A stretch of DNA of 64,000 bases from Lama guanicoe (Eukaryota): positions 8,715,367 to 8,779,366 of the forward strand of contig MU054220.1 of NCBI GenBank assembly GCA_013239625.1, in the 5' to 3' direction. Position numbers and translations under genes: made by a program. This document shows, in pieces, positions 50,623 to 63,529 of the stretch (the stretch's first letter is position 1; each line of letters starts with the position of its first letter). Under the pieces are notes generated by a model. It did not search any database, was not told where the DNA came from, and saw nothing but the letters and a program-made list of their open reading frames with translations.

Positions 50623-52326
50623 ATCCACATTCCTTAATCTTGTGGATTTGGCCCAACCTTGCTTCAAGCTGAGCAGATGCTATGGTAAAACACTAGTTTC
50701 ATATTTTCTTCAGTTATAGTAATTCTATTTAAACAATTATGGATATTTTAAGAAGTCACTTTAGTCTGAATAATAAGGCTAAAAAATCTCCATGTTAACT
50801 TATAAACATTATTCAGTAAAATACTGTAATTCTTCAACTCAGTTTCAGAGCTAATCCACTCAGAACAAATAAAATCTATATCTCACCAGTCATTTACTTT
50901 GCCTCTTGGTTATCTCCTTTTGAATTCATATAACAAATAGATAAATGTTAAATTGTAGGAGGAAAGTGGACTTCTAGCCATGGAAATAAGAGATGCCTAA
51001 AATATATATTTTTTTCAGATTATATTGAGATTTATATGTTTTACTTTATATAAACTCAAATTCATATGCTTTTGTTCACTTGCTTCTCTGAAGCTTATAA
51101 AATGTGGATATAAATGCAATGTCAAAAGTAAAATATGCCTGCCATTATTTTATAATAACCTTGAACAGTTTTTGAATTCTAAAGGAAGAAAAATAAACTG
51201 GAAAAAAACTTTGGTAATGGTAACTATGTGGGAGTAAAGTTACCTTATTATAGCCCTGCATTCAGCTATAATTCTTACTTGGATGACATATTTGCACATA
51301 TAGTTTATTATTTTTTGCCATCTAAGATACTTTACATATTAAAGATTTGTTTTATTTCTTTCTCTGTGAATTTTTGTGGTTGTGACAAATAATAGGTTCA
51401 TGTGTTTTGAATCATGATTTCATTTTTTTTCAATCTTCTTATCTAATTTAAAAAAGGTCCTTGCTGTCCTAGACAGGCAGCCTCCTCCAAACAGGATACA
51501 TCACTACTTAATTTGTACTTCCGCTACAACACAATGCATTCCATTTTACTGGTTTTTGTATTTGCTTTCTGGACTATTCATAGCAACATGATGTCATAGA
51601 AAGGAATAAATGAGCATAATGGAAATATATGATTTTGGAGTTGAAGTGACTGGATAAATTCTGGCCACTCTGGTGACCAAGGACATGATTGTTAACATTC
51701 TTGTTGCTCAGAAATAAAATTAGGAACACTAGTCATTATGCTTCTGCAAAGGCACATTTGTTAATGTCAGGCATATTTGTAAAACATCTGTAATATTTTA
51801 TTTATACCCAACTAACAATAGCTTCTATTATTTATAACCACAAATTCTTCTTGATATTCTTTAATTTTGCTTGATTATCTAGCAGAAAATTGACAAATAG
51901 AAAGCACTCAGATATACACGAAGCTGAACTGAGCTGTTGTAGTTGTTCATTAATGCCAATCTATCTGTTTCCTCCTACTATGGACAGATCCTCGATCTGC
52001 AAACCCTGAGCCCCAGGAGGGCTCATCTCACCCATAACAGGTATTCACAGTACCCTGAGATTCAGGCGCTGGTGCCTGACCCTGAGATGGGCTCATTATC
52101 CAAACACATTTAGAGCCTTTACCTGTGATTTCATATACTGGAGGAGGGGTGAGGTGTGGATCTCTCCTCTCGGGTTTCTCAACTTGATTTAACTAAATTT
52201 AATGTTCCTTCCAGAACGAGATTTTTACTTATAAAATGTGTAACTGTGAGTGAAATAAAAAGAGGAAAAAATGAAAAATGACTAGGTTTTGTGCCTGTAT
52301 ATTTCATATGTGGAGAGGTAAAATTA

Positions 52327-52400
52327 GGGGAGGAGAGAGAGGAGGGGACGGAGAGGGACGGAGAGATACAGAGAGAGACAGAGACACAGAGAGAGAGATA
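52327..52400. repeat. GA-rich low-complexity tract
   Basis: GGAGAGAGGAGGGGACGGAGAGGGACGG...GAGACAGAGACACAGAGAGAGA. Confidence 0.85.
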
Positions 52401-53096
52401 AACAGTAAGCGGCAACATTGGTAACCAAGAGAATTAAGTGCCTAGATCTACTCATCTCAAATCCCCCTTACTGCTTGGACATCATTGCTTGAAATTTAAA
52501 GATTCCCGAAGAATAACTATAGGAAAGAATGGGCGTTTTCAAATTGAGTAAATCTGACTTCAATTATTTTTTAAAACCCTGAATACACCTAAGTCACCCA
52601 CGATGGTAGGGTAATATATTTCTGATCAGCTTTTATTTGGGAATAAAGTAGGTAAGATATAGTCCATAGTCTGTTTTATATATTTATAAATGATTTTCTA
52701 TACCTTTTATTTCACAATGCTTATCACGTTAAAAATACATGAAGAATTTGATGTTTATTACTTTCTAATAAGTTTCTAAATTTAAAGTAGGCAAAATTTC
52801 ATGAGGCATGTAATAAAAATGTTATTCAAAGCAAAAATTGCATATTGGCCACCATCTTTATTTAAAGTACACTGATACATATTAACAGTGAAAGGGAAAA
52901 CTATGCTACTTGACTTTTCCTATTACATATCATGAAAGATTTCAAGTTACATGAATTATTTTTCTAATATTTTGTGAAGTATTTCACATCTAGTTTATTT
53001 TTCAGTTATTTTAATTTTTCTATTTACTCAGCACTGATGTATTTTTAAAAATTCTGCACATGGCAAAATAAAAATCTGGCAACCACACAACCATAT

Positions 53097-53160
53097 CCTC
53101 TCTCTCTCTCACTCACATGTGGGAGCGCGTGCGCGTGCACACACACACACACACATACAC
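53097..53160. repeat. (CT)n followed by a (GC/GT/CA)n alternating purine-pyrimidine tract
   Basis: Directly visible. Confidence 0.9.
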
Positions 53161-55009
53161 TTTATAAATACTCATCTAGCTACCTACCAACCTACATAAC
53201 CTGTCTATTTGTGGTATCTAAATATCATAAAATTACCTCCCACATATATTAGAAGACCACTACGAGTCGATTTCAGAGACTGGTAAGACATACACTCAAA
53301 GATGCTTGTGAATTTCTGTATTCTAAATATTAAATCTGAAATTACCAAGGGTATACAAAAGATTTATTTTTATTATATTTATATTTATTTTTATTTTTAA
53401 GTTAATGCTCAGTACCTCTTATTTGTTTATAAAAGCATATATCAATATATAATCCAGAATTTTATTGAACTATGAAATCAGATGTCAAAATATATAATGA
53501 GCAAAACTGTCCCAAATGCCTAAATTTTCAGATTTAGAACTGTAAGAGGCCTCCTATGTTAACTAAGACAGTTAAGAGCTGGTTATCATTGAAGAAGTGA
53601 GTGGAACAAATTCCTTCGGACATGTATATTTCGTTTACATTTAGAATAATTTCATTCTTTTTTCAAAGTATTCCTGTTTGCACTTAACATTTAATTTTAG
53701 CTGGACAGTTGTATTCAATAGAAACAATTTAAAAAATCCTTTTTATTTCCTTTAAGGCAATGTAATTGCTCCAACTATGCAGACATCATAGAATTAAATA
53801 AACAGTGACCTTATGGGAAGAAAAGCTCTTACTCAGAAAATATTTCTCTGTTATGCAAATGCTCTACCAAGTAGTAATAACGATATCTCTATGCTATCCA
53901 AGTGATCATATTCATTGGTGTTGACTTGACAGCCTCACCAAATGTAATCTGTACCCCACAGTACCCTTCCCCAAGCAATGCTTCCGTGAGGATGGACGAA
54001 TGAATGAAATAATCCGTCCTTTAAATCAAGAGGCTAAATGATTTAGCAAGATTGGGAAACTTCATGTTTTCCATTCTAAAAAATGCAAAAACAGGAATGG
54101 AGACTCCATGCTCGAGCAGAGCAAGAAAGCGGGGCTTTTGAAATATGTATTGTTGTTTTTTTCCTGAAATGTGGTTTCCAGAGTTTACCCTCTTCATTTC
54201 TCACTTCTTAAACAGGACCACTTCCTGAATCACCGCCCGAATACTGTCTCCGTGCATTTTGAAATATTTCATTGATTTTCCTCAGTTCTCTAGAAACTTC
54301 TTTCCTGACTTCCAAGGTAAATGTCACTACAATATAAACATGTGTTTTCCTGTTAGAAATTCCACTAAAATCGAAGGCAGCTGTTCATCCTCCTTCTTGA
54401 AAGAACTTTTCATATACTCTGAGGCGTCTCATATCCACACGAAACAAATGAACTGTTTTCACCTTTCTTACAGACGCTGCTTCCAACTCTGTCCTTATTC
54501 ATACCTCCTCTCCGACCGATCTTCAATTTCCTCTGCGTAGTTCTCTCTGAAAATGAAGAGTCCCAGCCTGCGCAAATGAATCTAATATGATTATTAATCA
54601 TTTTGAAAATAACTTGCTTTTTCTTCTCAGGTTGATCCATTCTCAGAACATGCTTGGATAGTGTATAAACACTCCATCTTAACTACTGTTCTTTTACAGA
54701 ATGAGGTCAATTGCTTCACTCCAATGAACAACATACAAAAATCTCCTTTTTTCCCCTAACAGTTGGACAAAGCTGTTAACATTGTTTGTCTCACAAGAAG
54801 CAGCACCTGGTTGGGCGAGGCATATCACAATAAATGCCAAAGGAGGGAGATGAGATTATGTTGAAAGCAAATTGAATGTGTGATTATTTTTCTCTTCACC
54901 TTGGGTGGAGTTTGGCAGAAAAGTTATAGGAGTTACTGAAAACAGAATATTATATATATTTTTTCTGTATATCCAAAAAGTAATATGAGTGCAACAGTCT
55001 GCCCTTATG

Positions 55010-55205
55010 ACACTAATAATAATAACATTTATAGAAAAAGCAAACCAATAGAGATAGAAAGTCAATTGGTGGTTGCCTGGGGCTGGGGATGGAATTAACT
55101 ATAAGTAGGCATAGGAATTTAGCTGTGTGATGAAAATATTCAGGATTATGATGACAGTTGCACAACTGTGTAAAATTACAAAACTAAGTAAATTATACAC
55201 TAAAC
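55010..55205 (+). mobile_element. Old L1M 3' end fragment
   Basis: GAGATAGAAAGTCAATTGGTGGTTGCCTGGGGCTGGGG...TGATGAAAATATTC...GTTGCACAACTGTGTAAA. Confidence 0.75.
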
Positions 55206-55629
55206 AAACAAAATACATCTTTTAATGCAGACTGACTACCAATAAATAGAAACAACATTTTGAAAAATAATTAAACTAGATAGTTTTCACAAGAAATGAC
55301 CCTGCTTCATTTCCACCCAATTATCATTCCTTCTAGTGTCCATAATAGTGATTTGTATATAAGGTGTTTATTATATATTTTTTGAACAAATGCAAGAAAG
55401 GAAAAGAGGTAGCAAGAGAGGGAAGGTGGGAATAAGAAGGGAGGAAGAGAGGAAGGAGGGGCATAAAAGATCAATATTTGCCATTCATCCTTCTAGTCAT
55501 TTTTCTATTAGAAATGTACTCATTCACTCTCACTCTCAAACACACATACACAAAACAGTTCATCTCAAATACTTTTACAAAATAAGGCAGTATACTTTAC
55601 ACTTTAGTTAGCAATTTTTCATTTTGTAT

Positions 55630-56232
55630 ATATATATATATATACAAGGGAATACTATTCAGCCATAAAAAAGAGTGGCATAATGCCACTTGTAGCAACA
55701 TGGATGGACCTAGAGATTATCATACTAAAAATTATAGGAGTTACTGAAAACAGAATATTATTTTCTTCCATTTTAAAAAATGACACAAATGAATTTGTTT
55801 ACAAAATAAAACAAACTCAGACACAGAAAACAAACTTACGGTTACCAAAGGGGAAAGTATAGAAAGAGAAAGACAAAGATCATATGATATCACTTATATG
55901 TGGAATTTTAAAAAATGACACAAATTAATTTGTTTACAAAATAGAAACAAACTCAGACACAGAAAACAAACTTACGGTTACCAAAGGGGAAAGTGGGGGA
56001 AGGATAAATTAGGAGTTTGCGGTTTGCAGATACAAACTACTATGTATAAAGTAGATAAACAACAAAGTCCTACTGTATAGCACAGGGAACTATATTCAGT
56101 ATCTTGTAATAACCTGGAATGAAAAAGAGTATACACACACACACACACACACACACAAGTATAAAATTGAATCACTCTGTTGTTCACCAGAACCTAACAC
56201 AACATTGTAAATCAATAATACTTCAATAAAAA
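55630..56232 (+). mobile_element. L1 3' end carrying a compound templated insertion
   Basis: GGAATACTATTCAGCCATAAAAAAGA...GCAACATGGATGGACCTAGAGATTATCATACTAA...CCTACTGTATAGCACAGGGAACTATATTCA...CTTCAATAAAA. Confidence 0.92.
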
Positions 56233-56559
56233 TTTTGCAAATGAAATATAGAAATAAAATTTTCCTTACAGCCTTAGTAAGATTACAATATCATTGAGTC
56301 AAAATCCTCATTATTTGCCTTTGAATTTATGTTTTTTCTATTTTATGTGTTTTTCTCCATCCCAAGATTATGAGAAAACTGCCCTCTTCTGTTTTCACCT
56401 AATAATTTTAGAATTTTCTTTACATTTAGAACTTTAATTCATTACAAAGTTTATATCATTGTAATAAAAGTCTACTTTTTTCAAAATGGATAATCAATTT
56501 GACTGATTTTTAAGACCATCTCGGTTTCCCAGCTTACTGAAATCACTACTTTCCATAAT

Positions 56560-56790
56560 TGTGATAGCTTTTTATTGTGGTAATTTAGCTAAACTGAAAC
56601 TATGCTCCCCAGAATCCCCTCTCCTGTAGGGCTGCAAGGTAGAGCTGGGTAAAAGAAAAAAATGGGCAGGAACTGAAAAGAAGACATGAAATACTGATAG
56701 TTATGTTCTGAAGGTCTCTGTAGCTAGAGACATTAAGACGTAGAGGCAGAGACGCCTGCAAGTTTCCAAATGTCCTTATTTCTCTTCCTT
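56560..56790 (+). mobile_element. ERVL-class LTR 5' fragment
   Basis: TGTGATAGCTTTTTATTGTGGTAATTTAGCTAAACTGAAACTATGCTCCCCAGAATCCCCT resembles ERVL-family LTR starts. Confidence 0.5.
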
Positions 56791-56809
56791 ACTCACTTTT
56801 TCTTTCTGA

Positions 56810-57740
56810 TTTTAGTCCATCAAAATGTAGTTAATACTCCAAAACAGGAACCGATGCATTTTCTTATTTTTCCGATGCTCCACATTAACGGTCCAAGAAT
56901 CAAGGTGCAAAAGAAATTGGAGTGGCTCCTGTATTAATCCCAGTGCTCCAGCAGTGAAATGTTTTCTTCCTTTTTGCACAACCTGGGGAGCTGCTCCTCT
57001 AGAGCTCTTAATTCCAAAGGAGCAATGTTTCCACCAGGGGACACAACGTTCAGCTAGCAGTTAAGTCTGCTATTTTGCTATGCTGGGCTCCTCAGCAAGT
57101 GAACCACTAGGAAAAGGAGGGACTACTGTACTGGCTGGTTTATTTAATCGCATCAGTCGTGGGGAGTTAGGTTGCTAGTAGACAATGGAGGTAAGGAGGA
57201 TTAGGTGTGGAATACGGGAAATCCTCTGCAGCATCTCCTAACGCTTCCACGCCCTGTCATAAACGTCACTGAAAAACTCCAATGATTCATTACAGATAGG
57301 ACTCCTAATGGCCCAGAATCTTCAGGAATGTAGGTTTGGGTCACCCTTTCACTCAGGAAAGGGGCCAGCTGAAGAGCTTGGGGCAAAGGGAATATAAAAG
57401 GATGTTATAAATGCCACCTGTGACCACATGACCAGGGACAGAAATCAAGACTGTAGTAGTTATGAGTATTTCTTTCTTAGATTGATATGAGTAAAATTAG
57501 TAAGTATATTAAATAATTAGGTTTCTCTTCTTTCTTTGCCATTCTCCTGTGATCTAACATAGAAATCTGTTAATATGGATTAATTTTATATTTCACTACT
57601 GAAGTTACAGGAAAACACAATCACAGTGTGGTTCAACCACAAGTAGAAGGAAGCATGATTTTGCTATTATCTTTATTTGGAAGGGAACTGTGGGCCAAAG
57701 AGGTGTGCATGGATGGCACGTGGATATGGAACAGACCAGA
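56810..57740 (+). mobile_element. ERVL internal 3' segment (decayed integrase end / dUTPase region)
   Basis: GGTCCAAGAATCAAGG, TTCCACCAGGGGACACAAC, ACAATGGAGGTAAGGAGGA...GGAATACGGG and TCAGGAATGTAGGTTTGGGTCACCC are colinear with the ERV-L internal consensus; many stops and frameshifts. Confidence 0.85.
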
Positions 57741-57949
57741 GTGACTGCGACTGACATCTGGCTAGCCAACGCGGTGCTAGGTCCACCATCACCAGCAGTA
57801 TCTACAAAGAGACAACAGGTTTCTATTGATTGCTATACCAACCCTACTTTGGAGTCTCACTCCACTGGCTGGATACAAATAGCTTCAAGATTTGCTCAAC
57901 ATTTCTAGATTATTAATCCACGCCAACACTTCAGGAGACTTGGAGGTGG

Positions 57950-58208
57950 GGGGATGCAGTATGAAGAAGAGGCAGAGATTGGAGTGATGTGGCTTTAAAG
58001 CCAAGGAGTGCCCAGGATGGTCCACAACTGTCAGAAGCTAGGAGAAAAACGGTGAAACAATTCCCTGTCAGACTTTCAGTGCGAACAACCTGCTGACACT
58101 TTGATTTTGATATTCTAGCCTCCAGAACTGCAAGAGGCTACATTTCTGTTGTTCAAAATCACCCAGTTTGTGGTAGTTTTGTCCAGCAGCTCTGAGAATC
58201 CAGTATAC
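57950..58208 (+). mobile_element. MaLR LTR 3' half (MLT1C/D-like)
   Basis: GAGGCAGAGATTGGAGTGATGTGGC...AGCCAAGGAGTGCC...CTAGCCTCCAGAACTG...CACCCAGTTTGTGGTA. Confidence 0.85.
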
Positions 58209-58759
58209 TAATTCATACCAACTGTGTGATTTACGATCATAAGGGTTTATTTCGTTTGTCTTTTCTATAGATATTTGTGGCTTCTAAAAGTTATAATTAA
58301 GTGGAAACTATAGATTTCCTCCTGGAACCTCAGATTAAAATTAAACAAGATCATCTATCAAAACATTTCCTTGCAAGCAGTCATCAAAATAATCATATCT
58401 TCTATTTTAAAACTTGACAATGAAATACTAGTTCTGTGTGCTTTGAATGAAAGGTATACTTTAAACAGAGACAATATTCTAAAACCAGAGTTTAGCTCCA
58501 TGTGAGGACAAATGATTCAAATGTCCCTGAATTCAGTGCTGATTAGAATCCTACTCATAAGGTGATACTCTAACATGCATAAACTATTGGGATATTGTGC
58601 AAGGACAGTGTAACCTGCCAATCCATGCATCTACAATATCATTCATTTTGCCCATGTATTGTCTTTTTTTAAAAAAATAAATTACTTTCATTGAAGCACC
58701 AGCTATTAACAGAGTGAGTTTCCAGTTAAAGTCTTTATAAAGTGTATATTCTTCATTAG

Positions 58760-58792
58760 GGGATATCCTGGAAAAAAGGGATATCCTGGAAA
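58760..58792 (+). repeat. 18-bp-period micro-duplication
   Basis: GGGATATCCTGGAAA at 58760 and 58778. Confidence 0.9.
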
Positions 58793-58939
58793 TTAACTAA
58801 GTCTCTCTGGCATAAAGACAAAGTTAACAGATACACTAGTCTGTTTGGAGCAAAATAATTTAAATTAAATATAATAAAATCACTTGTCCTAGAGCCTTGA
58901 TAATGTTTGTTTTAAGAATTGCTCTTATTCACAATAATT

Positions 58940-59860
58940 GGGCACCAATCCTAGACCTCGAGATGCACCAGGCTAACCAGTCAGGGTATGTCACTCCCGG
59001 GCCACAATGGTGACTTACAGGAAAAGTTATATATATTAGTTTCCTATTATTGCTCTACCAATGGTCACACTTAGGGGGTTACAATAACATTGTTTTATTA
59101 TCTTACAGTTCTGGAGATCATACATGGGTTTCACTTGGTTAAAACCAAAGTGTCCTTAGGAGGCATTACTTTCTGAAGTCTCTAGAAGAGAATCTGCCTT
59201 CTTATCTTTTGAGCCCCTCGTGGCTGCCCACATTCCCTGGCTCCTGGCTCTGCCTGTCTTCAAAGTGAGCTATGGAGTCTAGTACACATTGCATTGCCCT
59301 GACACTGAGTCTTCTGACTCCCACTTCCACATTTAAGGATCCTGGTGATGACATTGGGCACATCGCTATAACCAGGATACCATCCCTATTTTAAGGTCAG
59401 ATGCTTGGCTCCCTTAATTCCATCTATTACCTTTATCTCTTCACAGTGTAATGTCACAGAGTCACAGATTTCAGGCATGAGGAGGTGGACATCTTTGGGA
59501 CGTCACTATTCTGCCTACTAAATTGGTCCAGTTAGACCTTTGATAGGAATGCTGAGAAAAAGACATTCATCTTTTTTTCTGGACAGAATGGGGAAGCATT
59601 TAGCCCCAGAATTTGTTGACATCCATCTAGGTGGCAAAAGAGGAAGTAGTGTTAGGATCAAGATGATATAAAGAAAATAAAGGATAGAGAAGCATAAACA
59701 AACACTTTGTTAAGGTAATAGCACCACTGGGTTAAGCTTCATCTGAAGTTCATCTTAACTCCAGTGTTTTCAATTATTTTAAACAATACTTTGTCCTTCA
59801 CAAATAAGGCACTTGGGTCAGGTTTCTGTAATCTTCAGGCAAAACTGTCCTATCAGACAT
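58940..59860 (+). mobile_element. Ancient MaLR LTR (MLT1K/L-like) split by MLT1D
   Basis: CCAGGCTAACCAGTCAGGG...GGCCACAATGG | ...ACCACTGGGTTAAGCTTCATCTGAAG...GGGTCAGGTTTCTGT. Confidence 0.5.
59032..59522 (-). mobile_element. MaLR LTR (MLT1D-like)
   Basis: TATTAGTTTCCTATT...TTATTATCTTACAGTTCTGGAG...GGCTGCCCACATTCCCTGGCTC...TTTTAAGGTCAG...GTGGACATCTTTGGG...TATTCTGCCTAC. Confidence 0.85.
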
Positions 59861-61789
59861 ATTTGCTATTTTTATAGCTTAATATTGATGGCTGCTGAGA
59901 TGTGTGTGTTCTGAAATTATTCTTCCTGTTTGCTCACTGCTGACATATAGGAAATTAGTAATTTCTGACTGATTATTCTACTTAATTCTTCTTTTAATTC
60001 TAAATAATGTATAATTTTATTTCTTTGAAATTTTTTCTTTTTTATAAGCTATAAGCAATAATTCTGCCTCTTTCTTCTCAATATTTTTATCTCATTTGTT
60101 TTTCTTGTATGACCTAAGACTTTCAAGTCTATATTTTAAAAATAGCATTTCACATTTAGTTCTGAGTCCACAAGTTGAACCTGTGCATTGTGTCTAAGTA
60201 CAAATAAAAATCCCAACTTTCAAAAAATGTCTTTTTTGAAAACTAAAGGAAATTAACCACATCTATTCTGTCATATAGAATAAAATGTTTGTTAACATTT
60301 GGTAACATTCCAAAATCTAGAAACTTTGGACCTTATACATAAATCATCAAATTATCCAACCTGAAAACAAATTATTTCATGACTATATGGGTCAACATTC
60401 AGGTTGGAAGAACTACAAGTTCTATATTGAGTGCTGAATGAGGCAGTCAGAAAGTGCACTAGGATTTCTGTGGATGAACTGGGGCTTATGACAATAAATA
60501 ATTACTGGGATGGTGTCCATGACAATTAACTCACCATTATTCAATCTTTTAATTATGAAGGAAAAGCCTATTATTGACTGCTTTCTAAACTTGGTGTGAA
60601 ATTTGAAACCAGGAGAAACTTGTTTGTACCAGAGGAACAGAAGGCATTTATTTTTGCCTTAGAGCTTTACTCACTTCAGAATCGTATTTTTGGCTGATTT
60701 TATTCTTAAACCACAAACTCTCAGGTCCTTTATTCCTCACTTGTGTTTATTTAAAATTTTTAAATAAGCCCTTGTCCCATGACAGTTTAAAGCAATCTGC
60801 CTTATTTTTTAAAAATAACAATATAAAACACAGATTCTAAATGGGAGATTTTATGCTATTTATTTTGTTTTTTTCTGAGTCAAACAAAGAGAATGACTTT
60901 TTCCTGGGATACTGTAAAAGCTCTCAGATGAGTTTTTCTCTCAATTCAGATTTCTTTCAGCTTAGTAGTTCACACACAGACTCACGGAGAACTCTACTTA
61001 ACGTCTTGTTCTGATTCCCCTGGTGAAGTGAAGCCGAACACCAAAGACCAGAAGACATTTTCCCAGTGAACAGCCAATCATGCCTGCCTGACTTCCGGTT
61101 GCTTCTTCGATTTCTCAGACAGATATTTCATTCCAGCACTGCTATGTATTCCATAAGTCTGACCTAGCCACATTCTGATTTTCCGTCTGCTCTCCTGAAG
61201 GGCAATGTAGAACATCTTTCAAAATTACTCTGTAGAATGCCAGAAGCACCGTTATTTCAAAGGCAACTCTGCCTTCCTGCCACAGCCCTGAAAATCAGTT
61301 TTGCTTGTTAGGAAACTTTCATTGTCAGAGCTTCAGAAAGAAGCGTCCAAGTGGTGTAATGGGAAGTTACATTGATTTTTATTAGTAACTAAAAATGCTT
61401 AAGTCCCCAGACATCCTTCTATTCCCCATTATTTTAAATATGTCTGTTTACAAAAGTAAACCAATTCACTGTGAACAGCTATCGAATTTGAGATTGGAAT
61501 CAGCTATGAGGGAGTCGGTATAGATCTGTTTAGGTCTATGCAAAATTTTTAATAATCTTATTTCAAAGAAATAGGATCATTGATTAATCCTTAAGCTCAC
61601 TGTCCAGTGAAAGCTTGCTGAGTCACTCAAGAGAGGGTAGAACAAAATCTTGCTCTATGGAGACCACTTTTTGTGCTATATTTTTAGAGGTTTCATCTTG
61701 ATTGCTAAACATGGCCATTTGGAAATGCCCACTTTGGATCTGGGAGGGGAGTAAAGGCATGAGAGCTATGTATTTGCCATCTTTGGTAA

Positions 61790-61905
61790 GAAAAAGGAAA
61801 TAAACACTGGGAGTCAGGGTAATAAATTAACTAGATTTGTGCCCATGGATAAATGGATTTCCCTCTCTTCCTTCATCTGTAAAATAAGGATACTGAGTGA
61901 GGCAG
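61790..61905 (+). mobile_element. MIR/MIR3 fragment
   Basis: CACTGGGAGTCAGG...ACTAGATTTGTGCCCATGGATAA...TTCCTTCATCTGTAAAATAAGG. Confidence 0.6.
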
Positions 61906-63529
61906 TGGCTTAATCTTTCTTGCTGCTTAATCCTCTGGCTTTCAACATTTGGAGAAAAACATTTACTAAACCTCGAGTACTATGACACAGCTTTGTGCAT
62001 TCATCTGTGTCATTTTATGCTTAGTTCAAATACTTGTTGCTATGTGATTAGAGGTAACATATTTATTTACTTAATTCATTTAGTAAAATTTAACTATTAG
62101 TCATGAAGAACCCTCTATACTAATGGAACTCCTTTGGCCCTCCATTTTGTGATGCTCACAGCCTCTAATTTTAGGTCACTGCAAATGTGCACACACAGTA
62201 TTATCATTTCATTCTGTTTTCAAATGGCACAATCCATTCAAACGTTTTAAAAGTGTAATGTGAGTGTGTGTGTACATGAGTGTGTGTTTACGTAAGTGCG
62301 TGTGTCCATGTGCACATGCCAACTATTAGTGCTAGAAAGAACATGCCTGACTAATGATCAAGTTTTTTTTTTTCTTTTCTTTTTGGTGTCATGGTGTCAC
62401 AGGGTCCACTTTCATAGGAACAGGCATGATTACTATCCTCTGCCAAGTTTAGTACTAAGTTTATTTTCCTAAGTTTCTCCCAGAACCATTAATAGAACAT
62501 TAAACAACAGCTCTGATCACACCTGAGCACAACTGGCTTGAATTTGCATTTACAACGTTTAAATAAATACATCACTGAATGTTTCCTGAGACTCCACCTG
62601 TCCCCTCTCCTGTTTTTCTACAGAATTATTAGATGACTACAAATCATTCTACTATGCATTGCCCTTTAGTGTTTCATGTTGCTTCATAATCATCCTTACA
62701 GATGCCTTTCTCAATGAGAGATGTATTCTTGTTTTCCAAAGTGATATAGAAAACAGTGAAATACTCAGAAGATAATTTCAAGACAGGTCTAACACAAAAA
62801 GCAAAATTGGAGCTAATACTTTTTCCCATTTGGTACTCATAAGGGTAAAAAATATCTAATTCAAAATCCTTAAAAGTATAGATTCAGTTTTAATGCTAAT
62901 TTAGTATGCTTACTAGCAGTCTTAAAACACTAAATTGATAATGAAACATGGTTTAGTTTTTTATTTTTAATTTGAAATTACTATATTAAAATAACCACAG
63001 TTAGTTTTGTTCATAATTAGTTTTAGAGGTAAAGGCAAGAAAATATCGGTTTATTGAGTACATTTATTTAGACTGTAGCCTTGGTGAAATATGATGTTCT
63101 TATAGTGGCAACTTTAATACTCAACTTATAACAACAATGAACTAAATATGGTTTTAAAAATAAATTAAAAAATTTAAAGCCACATGTTCTATTTAAGTTC
63201 TATTATTTTAATAATCCATTTTAATTTAAAAAAAAGTGGGCCTGGAGGATTTTCTAGATATTGCACTATAGCACCACTAAGACTTTTCAGGGTTACTAAC
63301 CCATCTATCCAAATAATTCATTGCCCACTTTGCAGTGCCATGACTCCGAGCTTATGTTATCAACATTTATGGCATGGAAGGCCAATGATTTTCTCATTTT
63401 TCTGTCAACTTGTAGTTTTTCTGGCAATTTCATTCATTTTGCACCTTGACGAAAGCAGAATTCTGATATTACATTCTGTTTAAAAACAACCACCCTACCA
63501 TCAAAAACTTGCAGCGAAATGTGAATTTA

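Noticed and set aside
50355..50667. ORFs with real protein similarity
   Set aside because: Frameshifted remnants of L1 ORF2, not a host gene
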